DNA from: Podarcis cretensis
Taxonomy: Eukaryota
Assembly: GCA_951804945.1 (NCBI GenBank)
Contig: OX638159.1
Span: 39,618,001 to 39,682,000 of the forward strand
Reading direction: 5' to 3'
DNA: 64,000 nt
The position numbers were made by a program, and so were the translations under genes. The notes below the pieces were generated by a model, which saw only the letters and a list, made by a program, of their open reading frames with translations, ran no database searches and had not been told where the DNA came from. Of this stretch, positions 47,801 to 59,040 are shown piece after piece; the first letter of the stretch is position 1; each line of letters starts with the position of its first letter.

Positions 47801-50800
47801 ACAATCCATAATCATGTCTGTGTTCTCCAAGCTCTGGCAGAACAACCTGTTGCATACTGTAAAAGGGAAGGTACAGTACAAAAACATGCTCAGATGGAAG
47901 AGATAAGACAGTCTTCCGTTTCCACACTCTTCCCAGACATCTCATATGATTTATACTAATCACACTAGCAGCATCGGCTGCATAAAATTCCCATTTGAAC
48001 ATAATAGACTATCCAACCTATAATGTATTGAACACATTGAAATATACCTTAAAGTAAAACAAATTTAGGATTTGCCTGTAAGAACATTTACTTTTGAGAA
48101 GCCTTGGTGGCTATGCATGAAAGCAAAAGTCAAAATCCAGATTTTTCCGCATCAACAAGGGTCTCTTCTTGAACTAACAGTGAAGAAACATAGGTCTCTA
48201 GGAAGCTGCCTTACACCATGTCAGGTTAGCAGTCCTTCTAGCTCAGTATTGTCAGCACTGACTCGGGTTTTGGACAGGGATCTTTCCTTACCTAGAGATG
48301 CCATTGAATCTACCATTGAACTATAGCACTTTATTGTAGCCCACTGCCGCCAAGTGTGCAACATCATTCACTCAGAACTATTTCAACTTTTTATTTTATT
48401 AAATATGGGTGGTAGTCAACCAGTCATATTCAGAGTAGGCCCACTGAAATCTGTGGATTTAGTCATGACTAACTTAAGTCCATTGATTTCAGTGAGTCTG
48501 CTCTGATATTACTTTGTTTGATACCACCCTATATTTCTAATCTTGCTTGCATTATGGTAACATTGTAAACATTGCTTGTGAAGTTATCTCAGGACAGCTG
48601 TTTAGTGCTTAATGTCATAAGACAATAAAAATGGTAGCAAGGTCAGACAGGTTGAGTCAAGCAAGGTTGTGTTTATAATGTAAAATAGGTCTATTATGTA
48701 GCATTAATTTGTATAATGCCATCTGTGTGCACGGAACTGCAAGGAGCAGCATAAGAAAAAGACATGTCCCTGCCCTGGGGAGGTTACAGTCTAAATTTGA
48801 GCTGTAGGGAGAGGTAATAGTGCATAAATATGTATACTTAAGGATTTGTTCTGGTTGAGCTGAGGGCTGTGAAAAGGTGGGGGTGATGAAGGATTTGAAG
48901 TAGGGAAGAGTGGCATCAGGTAGGGGGCAACACTGCAGAAAGAACTGAGCTGTTTAAGAGAGCAGACATTTCCTTTTAAACACAAATACTAGCTTCGTTT
49001 GTACAAGCCAACTCAGATCCCTATTAAGTTATGGTGCAGTGACCCAAAACAAAACCTTTGAAGACAAAAGCACCCATCAAGGCACCATTAAATGTGCTTA
49101 ATGAAACAGTGTGTGGCTCAGCCTTCATAAGCCTTACTCCTTGTAGTATCTTACAATTAAGCTGAACAACCTGAATATGTTTGTGCCTCAGTCCTAGGGA
49201 GAAATCTGGGAAGAAATCTTTGCCACACCTTTCATTTTCTCTCCCCTACTCACCGCTCAAATATTGAGTGATTGGGGGAAAGCAATTTCCTGCTTTCCCC
49301 CTTTCCTGTTTGTAGAACTTGTAGGAATTCCTTCCATGATTTTTCAGTCTTCACTTTGCATTCACCCCCTTCCAAAGGATACACAGTTCAGTTATTTGAA
49401 ATAGGATTTGACTTTCTGCGAATGGTTACACATTCTCATCAACAGCACTAAGGGACCTTCATCATGGAGGTGCATTAAATTGTTTATTCACTTTTTGCCA
49501 ATCGCTGTAAAGAGACTGTTAGTAACCTCTCTGAATTTTCCTCCTTTCAGTGGTGGGAGAGTTTGGAAAGGGGCTGAAAAGCTAAGCTATGGAAGAGAGA
49601 ACAGCCTGGGCAGAACAGAAATTAAAATAAACACAAGACCCAGTATGCACGTGATTAACACTAAATTAGCACCGCTACTCAATAATCCTCCCCACACCCC
49701 TTTTTGTACTTGTGTGCCAGACAATCACAGCTATCCTTTTCGAGTTTTGGTCTGGTTTCTTGGGCAGGAGAACTCTTCTTAATGTCTGTTGCTGAAAAGT
49801 ATGTGTTCTGGCTCTGATATCCTCAGTCACTGATGAATCAAAGAGGAATGTTTGCCCATTTCGTGACTGGTGTACTGTAATCAATGGGCTCAGTATTCAC
49901 TCCATGATTGCCCACATAATGCAGTCTTGTTTCTGATATGCAGGCTCCCTGCTATTCAAGCTTCATGCCTTTTCTAAGGAAAGGCTGCCAAAATCTGTAG
50001 GTTTGTTGTTGTTTAGAATGTTCCATAGATTTCATGCAATAGGCATATCTATAAAATTATGTAACCTGCACATATAGTGAGGAACCTGGCAGTTAGCACT
50101 TTGAATAGTTCCTACATTAGCTGAAATAAATTTGGACAGGCTTAATCAAAACCACCATTTGTTTTGAAGTACTGTACTGGAATCCATCCATGAAAATATA
50201 TACATGTGAAAAGATAGAAAACCCAGCTGTCCATGAAGTATTTATCCTAACCTCTACCAATATTTGGGTGGGTTAATTAAAAATTGAAGCCAACAGAGAT
50301 AGAAGCAATTTGTAGTGGGTCAGTACAAATTCAGTAGCACTAACATATTTAAAGGCTTGCTGTTAAAAATGAATAGCACAATTCAGCCCAATACCTGCGT
50401 TTTGTACCCTGTTGAGTTCTTCAGTGTGTCCCATTAAAATGAATGAGCCCTAAGTTATTAACTTTAGACCACACAAAGGCTTCAGATCAAAGATTGATGA
50501 GTAAAAGGAAAAATATATTCGTGTTAATCTATGAAGTCTTCTGAAAGCAGAAAACTTCTCACACTGATGTTCCACAACCAAACATGGGGTTACAGTAGGT
50601 GAAATATAGTAAATAAGGAAGATCCAGCATATAGTTTATAAAATCTAATGGACCATAAGATCCATAAGATGAGAGAGAGCTCATGCAAACTGAAAAACTT
50701 TTCTGGCTATGGAATCACTTTTCAAAAGAATATTGTTTTTGCTGACTTAATTTTTTCCCTCCAAAACAGGAGATTCTGGTGTCTGGGGTTTGAAAAAAAA

Positions 50801-53800
50801 CTTTGCTTTGTTGGAACTCCTGGAACGACTTCAAAATGGGCTTGGTGGTCAGTGTGGGACAACTGAAGAAGCCATTGGCCTCTCTGGAGAGGTAGTAGTA
50901 ATCAATTTTGTATTTCGTTTTGTGTCACTTTCAGAGTACTGTTCCCAATCACTTTTTTATATTTCAGTTTGATTGTCCTTTTCAGATGTCATAAATGTTT
51001 GATTTTAATTCAGTGATTTCAACATTACTACATTAACAACTAAAAGACCTGGACCTAAATTACATGTTCAGGAGTATCGAGTGGTACAGATTCTCCTGGA
51101 CTATATAATTTCAGATTTGTACCTGCACTCTCAATCAGAACTGTCAAGTAATGGCTGTTCTATTCGATATTTCTGACTATATAGTAGTTTCTAGAAAGTG
51201 TATGCTAGTTCCCTAGAGCAGGTATCTATAAAATTTTGTTTCATCGATTGGGCGATAATTGGGCAAGCATTGGGATTTTGATTTGTAGCCATAATAAGCT
51301 TTCAGCACTTTTATTCACCAAGGTGTTTGAAAAGATTTTACTGATTTAATTGTGTGCATTTTAGTCTGTTTTTCTTGTTAATGCTGTACAATGCCTTGGA
51401 ATCTAATATTAAAAACATTTTTATGCGACCAGTTACCATGAGTAAATAATGTTCTAGTTTTTCTTTTTGTTAGTGCATTGTCCGCTGTGATGAAGATGAA
51501 ACGCATCTTGCTTCAGTATACTGCACTGTTTGTGCCACTCACCTGTGTGCAGAGTGTTCCCAACTCACACATTCCACGAAGACACTTGCAAAACACAGAC
51601 GTGTGCCCCTTGCTGATAAACCTCATGAGAAGACCATGTGCTCTCAGCACCAAGTGCATGCTATTGAATTTGTGTGCCTGGAAGAAGGGTGTCAAGCCAG
51701 TCCTCTCATGTGTTGTGTCTGCAAAGAATATGGAAAGCATCAGGGTCATAAAGTAGGTTGCATCAATTCTTTATTGTCCATCTATGTCATTGTTAATATG
51801 TGACTGAAAAGGAGAGTTTGTGTTGGGTTTTTTGCCCATTTGACAAACCATCAGACTATATTTTGTTCCCTCTCCTATTCTTTACATTACTTATTTAATA
51901 AAGGCAATGTTCCAGGGTATCATTAAGCTATCACTAAAGCTGCTTTCCTGCTGTCACCTAGTAGGGGGCTGCTAGACAATTTTGTGTTCATATATTGATG
52001 TATAATACTGTCCAGCTAATGCTTATATTTAATTTTCCATCTCTTTTGAAACATAACTAGTCTTTACATACTTCTTGTTAAATAATAATAAAGTTTTTTA
52101 AATCTTACTATGATAAATTAAAGATCACTGCTTTTGAAAGATGATTCATGCAAAGGAGCATGCAAAGACTAGTTACCTTGTGCGCCTACATTTCTGCGCT
52201 AAGCACCTGAGGCAGAATGTCCAAAGTTTTGCTCTTTTTTCTCTCTCATACTGTGTGGGGGCAGAATTTGTAGGTGGAAAGAATTTGGAAATGGGTGTTC
52301 AGATTTACTTTTGATGCTTTCCCCTTAGCACAGTGTTTTGGAACCAGAAGCAAACCAGATCCGTGCTTCCATTTTAGACATGGCTCACTGTATAAGAACT
52401 TTCACAGAAGAAATATCAGATTATTCTCGGAAACTAGTTGGAATAGTTCAGCAGATAGAAGGAGGAGAACAGATAATTGAAGATGGAATTGGAATGGCTC
52501 ATACAGAACATGTAAGCAAGTTTGTCATTTCCTTAACCTGCACGTAATCTTCATTATTATATCTCCCCACCCCTTTACACTTTTTAAATGAAGCAGTATG
52601 CCACATTATTAACATGACTCACAAAAGCTTTTTCAAGGCCACTTATCAAAAGTAAGTTGGTATGGGCAAGGGTAGAGGACCTTCTGTAAGGAGAAGATAG
52701 AGCCAAGAAGTCTGTTCTGTTAACTCACCAGTGGTAATGGACTATTTTGCAAAGCTGTTTTTCAGAAGAAAGCAGCCATGAAGAAGCAGAAATGATTGAT
52801 TTTGGAATAATTATAGAGATGATAATGAAAAATACAGCTAGGATACAAAGTGCAGGCCGAAGTACTTAGACTTACCTAGTAGGATTTTTATTTACTGTAT
52901 TGCCATATCACTAAATGATTTGGAAAGTTTTTCATTTTCAAAAATGGCTTACTATGTAGCATGGCAGGTAGCTACTGGTGAAATACAAATCTGATATTTC
53001 CTGGACACGTGGAACTTAGGTTTGGGGGGGGGGGGTTATTCCAGTCTGTGTTTCTATTTCTTTTCAGAATCTCCTAATGCTGTTCCTAGCCGATTTGACT
53101 AGGACACCAACCTTAGTATTATGCAGAAATAGCAGTGTTGATTATATAAGGTTTTCTGTGGAAACATCATGAATTAGATTAGCTTGCATATTTCATCTGT
53201 TAGTGATCAGGCTAATTTGAATGAAGATACATATTAGAATATACCTAGTATTTTTGTTACACTTTGTTTTAGATGTAGCAATTTGTGTGTGGTACATAAT
53301 TCTGTACTCTAGAGCTACAATTTTGGCCCTCAGTTACTTCTAATTTGTGAATTTCACTTCTAAAAGCAATGAGTTAATAGGTTTACAGTATTTTGCTAAG
53401 GCACTTGGCAAAAGTTTATTCAAAGGATAGATACTACTAGGAAAGTGGAAGTGTTAGATACTACTAGGAAAGTGGAAGAGTAGTTCTAACAGTGAGCTGT
53501 TAATATATATTATGGAGTACTGTGCCTCTTCTAGCTGGGTTAATTCAGAATAGGGAGTCACCACTTCCAACTCACAGGAGAGCCAACAGAGATCATGAGA
53601 TTTGAAAACATAAAATATTTTGGCAATACTTTAACATTCATTTTTTTAATATTATTTTATTAATTTCCCCAAAACAACAAAAAATAAAAACAACAATACA
53701 TATTCGAACATTAAAAAAAGAGTTGACTTCCCCCTATTCCCTTCCCTAGTTCCATTGTTTATCATCATACCGCATGTCCATTTTAAATTGTAAAATCATT

Positions 53801-56800
53801 AAAATTACTTATTGCCCAGTCATAATGTCTTTACAAGTATTTTTAAAATCTTGCTAATATATTAACCTGTGTACATTGCTTCTGTATGTATGCAATAAAG
53901 TCCTTCTAATCTTATTGTACTCCTTTAATATTCAAAACACACTGACATTCTTCTTCTAGCTTTCCTCACAATAATGGAGGCTGGTAGCATTTTAAAAATG
54001 AACACTAATTTCTGCAGAGATATGTCTTATGTTAAGCCGTCTACTGGAAATTTGTGTGCCAGCCCATTGCAATGGAGAAGGATATTAAAGCTCTGTCTTA
54101 AAGAGGTCTGCAACAACGTAATGTCTGTCTCCTTGATTTCATAACCACCCAGGTCCCAGGTACTGCAGAGAATGCTCGTTCATGTGTACGAGCCTATTTT
54201 TCTGATCTTCATGAAACCCTCTGCCGCCAAGAAGAAACGGCACTTAGTGTGGTTGATGCCCATGTGCGGGAGAAATTGATCTGGCTTAGGCAACAGCAAG
54301 AAGATATGACTATTCTCTTGTCCCAGGTTTCAACAGCTTGCCTTCACTGTGAAAAGACATTGCAGCAGGTGAAGTATTCATACAGTGGCCCTCTTCCATA
54401 TATATGTACTTTAGGTTGCTGACTAAGGTTGACAATGTCAGGTGGTTTATAAATAATTTGTGAAAGTTTCTCTGTTGGGTGAGTCCCTTGTGGGAGGGAG
54501 AAGTATTGGATAACAAAATAAGTATTGTTGGGAAAATACTGTGTTAGGGATTTGCTTTTATTGGGTTAATTGTATGTGTAAGCTTAGTTATTCTAAAATT
54601 CTGCTTCTACAAATGGTGATTTGGGACACAGCAGTGGTTTGTAAAAGTTTCTCTGTTGGGTGAGTGCCTTGTGGGAGGGAGAAGTATTGGATAACAAAAG
54701 GGAGGAGATGGGAGGCAAAAGTGCTATAGCATCTGAGTCAAAGGATAGGTTTGAAATATAAAAGTTTAATGTACCGTATTTTTCGCTCTATAGGGCACAC
54801 TATTCTTCTAGCTTTCCTCACAATAATGGAGGCTGGTAACATTTTAAAAACGAACACTAATTTCTCCAGAGCTATGTCTTATGTTAAGCAGTCTACAGTC
54901 TATAGGGCGCACCTAGTTTTTAGGGGGGGGGGGAATAAAGGGGGGTAAATTATTTTTTCGCCCCAGCCCCAAAGAGCTCCCCAGAGCTTGTGGGGATGGG
55001 GATGGGGAAGCCCGAGCTTCCCCAGACCCCGGCCCCCAGAACAGGTCCAGGAGAGGCGGCGCGATTGTGCACAACCTTGCCGCCGGTCCCAGAGCTTGCG
55101 GGGCTGGGGACGGGGGCTTCCCCCGACCCCAGCCCCCAGAACAGGCTATCCGCAAGCCTTCTGAGCCCGGCGGGAACTCCCGCCGGGCTTAGAAGGCTTG
55201 CGGATAGCTGCCTGAAGCCCGGGGAGCGCAGCGGCAGTTGGCGCTGCGCTCCCCGGGCTTCAGGCTGCTATCCGCAAGCCCTCGGAGGGCTCCGAAGGCT
55301 TGCGGATAGCTGCCTGAAGCCTGGAGAGCGAGGGGTCGGTGCACACTGACCCCTCTCCCTCTCCAGGCTTCAGCGAAAGATTGCATTCACTCCATAGGAC
55401 GCACACACATTTCCCCTTCATTTTTGGAGGGGAAAGAGTGCGTCCTATAGAGCGAAAAATACGGTAGTTGGTGATGCCTTTTTCTAGTGAAACGTTTGGG
55501 ATCCACACTTTGGAGAAGTAGCTAGTTGTATAGAAATTAATGTAGAAACCTATTAGGCTTGGCCTTAAGAGACAAAATACTGTAGGGGCAATGTTCTTAC
55601 ATAGTCACTTGAGCATTAAAATGGTGTTCAGCTGCCTCTTGTGTACCAAACAAAATAAAACAAGAAAAGGAGCAATCGTGTGTGTTGATAGTAGCACCCA
55701 TTTTTAATCCTAATGAGATTCTTTTTCCTTTCAAGTCTTTATATTTGCCAGTGTTGTTTCAGTTGAATAATACAGTAGCTTTCTTGTCTTGGTTCCTGTG
55801 TAGTGTTACTGTGTTTTCCTTAAGACAAACAAAAGCTTCTGTGAACAGCATGCATTCCTGTCTTCCATTTCTCCATTGTTGATGTACCATGAAACAATTT
55901 ATTTCAGTTATAGTAGAGTTTTAAATCTGCTTGAGTTAAAGTTCAATTTTAAATTTAGTAAAAAATGTAACTTTCTTTTTGGTAGACGTAACTTCTTGCT
56001 CAGCTGGATTTTGAGAAGGAAAACACATAGGTGGTACTGCATTCATTGTATTAAATTTAGCTTCCTTTTTAAAGGATGACTGCAGAGTTGTCTTGGCCAA
56101 ACAAGAAATTACAAGGCTTCTAGAAACACTACAAAAACAACAACAACAGTTTACCGAGCTTGCAGACCATATACAACTTGATGCTAGCATTCCAGTTACT
56201 TTTACAAAGGTACAGTTTTCTCATGTTTAGGTTGCTTCAATACTTTGATCATGAATCCAGAGAGAAGTAAGAACTCTGTCCCCTCCCTTCCTTCCTTCCT
56301 TCCTCCCTCCCTCCCTCCCTCCCTCCCTCCCTCTTCTCCTCTGCCACCCTAAGTACAGCAAGAAACACTCATGGCCAGCTGGCTTTTGAAGCTCCCCAAA
56401 TTACAAGTAATTTGCAACACTGTGCAATCATGTCTTGGATATATATACATTTTTTTAAAAAGATAGACCCGAAGACTAGGGTGACTCTGTAGGAATGTTT
56501 TTCTTTTGTTTAACATCCTATAAGTCATGGTGGCTGTTGCCCTAATTCAAAGTGTTTTGGTTAAAATAGTATCTGCTAATGAAATGACTTTGCACCTTTT
56601 CAATTGTGCATGTTTTTGTTTAGTCAAACATATTATCTTGCAGATTGTCGGACTAAAATTGTAACCATTCTGGTCACAAAACTTTTAGTATCCTCAGCAA
56701 AAAAAAAAAAAAACAACTTACCAATGGGATAAATTAATCATTTGGGGTAATATGCAAATGGTCTTCAGCTCATTTGGGGTAATCATGCAAATGGTCTTCA

Positions 56801-59040
56801 ACTCACACCGTGTGGCTTGCCCTTCTTTCTTTCACCTCCTGCAGCCCCCAAGCGCTGGATGTGCTACTTGGGTTATTTTCTTTTGAATATTTTATATTGT
56901 TATTTGCAAATCATTTAGATCTTCTTGGTTAAGTGAAATCTAACACTTGTTTAAAAAATAAATAAAAGTGTTGGCTTTCTACTTAGTCTTGGCTCACCCA
57001 CAGAACGGCATCCTTTAAGGTGAAACTTATGTATCCTAAATGAGACACAGTGTCAGAAATTCAAAGCGCTCCATGTGTCCACCCAAATACACCTGCACAA
57101 GAAGTAATCAATTTCTTCTGACTACTGCTCCTCACACTACAATGGAAACTCCTGACATTGGGTGCTTTTCAGCTAAATTTTACTCAGAGGAAACCCTCTG
57201 AAATTACTTAACATGACAAAATAATTTAAGTAGGTCCACTCTGAGGAAAATATAGTTGATGGCCCATCAATACATATAAATTCATATACCCCTATGAATC
57301 GGAGCACGAGTTTCTTCCATTACGACATTTAATCATCTTTGCAGTTCACGAAACTTAAAACACTCTTAACAAGCAAGAAACTTACATGATACATTACATT
57401 AGGATTTTCCTTTGCCACAGCACCTTGAGCTAATAAAAATTCTTTTTGCGGGACGTGGGGGGGGGGCGACAAAATTCAGGTTTCTCCATATCTTTTTTCT
57501 TGGCTGCAGGACAACAGGGTACACATTGGGCCAAAAATGGAGATTCGGGTTGTAACTCTGGGATTAGACGGAGCTGGCAAGACAACCATTTTATTTAAGC
57601 TGAAGCAGGATGAATTCATGCAACCTATTCCAACAATAGGCAAGTAACATTGATTTTGGAACCAGTGAAATGTATATATAAATCCTTTGTCAGAAGTGTG
57701 GTTAAAAGGCCCTTCCTTTCCATCCTCCTTTAGGTTTTAATGTTGAAACTGTAGAATATAAAAATCTGAAGTTCACTATTTGGGATGTAGGAGGTAAACA
57801 CAAGCTGAGGCCTTTGTGGAAACATTATTACCTCAATACACAAGGTAAGAGTGCCATATTTCATATTTTGACTCAATGAATAATTATGCCTATTAAAAGT
57901 AAGAAAGGGAATGTTTCCTAGGTTTATTGTCAAATGATGTAATTCTAAACACATCTGTTTGAAAGTAAATTCCATGGAAATCTATGGGTTTTGCGTTTCA
58001 GGGTACAACAATTCAGGGATCTGACTGCTAGACAACATTTTAATTTCTTCAGTTTTGGTCTCTGTGATGAGTGACTTGCATTTACTTTCAGATTTGATTT
58101 TTGGCTTTGCTTCAGGCTAATACAGTTTAGAAAGTTGTACAGTGCAGTTTATTTTAGTAAAGAAAATGGTTCAATTGCTAGTTTGTAGTACGTCAACAAT
58201 TTCTGGAAAATATGTATAGCCTTCAGATGTAAAATATAGGGCTGGAGTCTTTCCCCTGTTTCCTAAGTTATAATATCTGCATGTGGAATGAAAATGTGTA
58301 GCAAAATGCAGCTGCATAATTGTTCTCTTTCTGTAGCGGTGGTGTTTGTTATTGATAGCAGCCACAGAGACAGGGTCAGTGAAGCACACAATGAACTTGC
58401 CAAACTGTTAACAGAAAAGGAGTTGCGAGATGCTTTGCTGCTGATCTTTGCCAATAAGCAGGTATTGTGGTCCTTTTTTTAGTTTTCTCATTTGTCTCAA
58501 TTTAACTTCATTTTGCTAGTGTAAAGTAAGTACGGAAACAAAATTTAAAAGGCTATATTAATTGTAATGTTTCCTCTGATAAACTGCTAATTTAGCCGAA
58601 AATAAATAAAAATCCCAACCTTCTTAACAGTCTGTTTTGGGGTCTTCTATTAATTTCCAAAATCTTGCAGATAGAGTTCTAGCCACGTTTCTTAAAAACA
58701 TAATTGGTACTTGAATACTTGTGAACTATTTAAATATATTTAACAAAATTCTGTAGGTTTTGGCACTGACTTTAATTTTCAATCTGCCGCATTCATTAGG
58801 TAAGATTACTAATTCTTAAGTTACTGTCTATGCATTTAAGTATATGGTTGTTGTTTACAGGATGTGGCAGGGGCACTTTCCGTAGAAGAGGTCACAGAAT
58901 TGCTGAGTCTGCACAAACTCTGCTGTGGTCGGAGCTGGTATATTCAAGGGTGTGATGCCCGAAGTGGCATGGGACTGTATGAAGGACTGGATTGGCTCTC
59001 GAGACACCTGGTAGCCGCAGGTGTGCTGGATGTCGCATAA
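44715..59040 (+). CDS. TRIM23: E3 ubiquitin ligase TRIM23 / ARD1 (RING, B-boxes, coiled coil, ARF GTPase); 11 exons, 578 aa
   Basis: join(44715-44807,47002-47164,50770-50891,51474-51752,52329-52511,54153-54368,56075-56209,57510-57639,57734-57844,58337-58461,58861-59040) = 1737 nt, open frame. P-loop [18 protein letters not shown]. Confidence 0.97.
45041..45298. other. Assembly gap (258 N) at the edge of the CpG island in TRIM23 intron 1
   Basis: Run of N. Confidence 0.99.
45833..45893 (+). mobile_element. CR1 LINE extreme 3' end
   Basis: ggggttgaactagatggtcctcgtggtcccttccagctctacagtcctatgattctat. Confidence 0.7.
47002..47164 (+). CDS. TRIM23: TRIM23 exon 2 (RING finger)
   Basis: [54 protein letters not shown]. 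Confidence 0.96.
48407..48529. mobile_element. Short palindromic MITE (PIF/Harbinger-like)
   Basis: TAT|GGGTGGTAGTCAA ... TTGATACCACCC|TAT, with an imperfect internal palindrome. Confidence 0.5.
50770..50891 (+). CDS. TRIM23: TRIM23 exon 3
   Basis: [40 protein letters not shown]. Confidence 0.95.
51474..51752 (+). CDS. TRIM23: TRIM23 exon 4 (B-boxes)
   Basis: [33 protein letters not shown]...[38 protein letters not shown]. Confidence 0.96.
52329..52511 (+). CDS. TRIM23: TRIM23 exon 5
   Basis: [61 protein letters not shown]. Confidence 0.96.
54153..54368 (+). CDS. TRIM23: TRIM23 exon 6
   Basis: [28 protein letters not shown]...[12 protein letters not shown]. Confidence 0.96.
54774..55464. 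mobile_element. Tc1/mariner (Tc2/Tigger-like) non-autonomous element with a GC-rich hairpin core and a captured host segment
   Basis: TA|CCGTATTTTTCGCTCTATAGG ... CCTATAGAGCGAAAAATACGG|TA; perfect 21-bp TIRs with a TA TSD. Confidence 0.88.
56075..56209 (+). CDS. TRIM23: TRIM23 exon 7 (coiled coil)
   Basis: [45 protein letters not shown]. Confidence 0.96.
56281..56333 (+). repeat. (CCTT)n(CCCT)n microsatellite
   Basis: Read directly from the sequence. Confidence 0.9.
57510..57639 (+). CDS. TRIM23: TRIM23 exon 8 (ARF P-loop), GC donor
   Basis: [43 protein letters not shown]; donor AG|GCAAGT. Confidence 0.94.
57734..57844 (+). CDS. TRIM23: TRIM23 exon 9
   Basis: [36 protein letters not shown]. 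Confidence 0.96.
58337..58461 (+). CDS. TRIM23: TRIM23 exon 10
   Basis: [41 protein letters not shown]. Confidence 0.96.
58861..59040 (+). CDS. TRIM23: TRIM23 exon 11 (last)
   Basis: [59 protein letters not shown]. Confidence 0.96.
   Translation, partial: DVAGALSVEEVTELLSLHKLCCGRSWYIQGCDARSGMGLYEGLDWLSRHLVAAGVLDVA

Noticed and set aside
54990-55508. 65-119 aa ORFs with repeated [14 protein letters not shown]
   Set aside because: Translations of the palindromic GC-rich MITE core; no transposase similarity.
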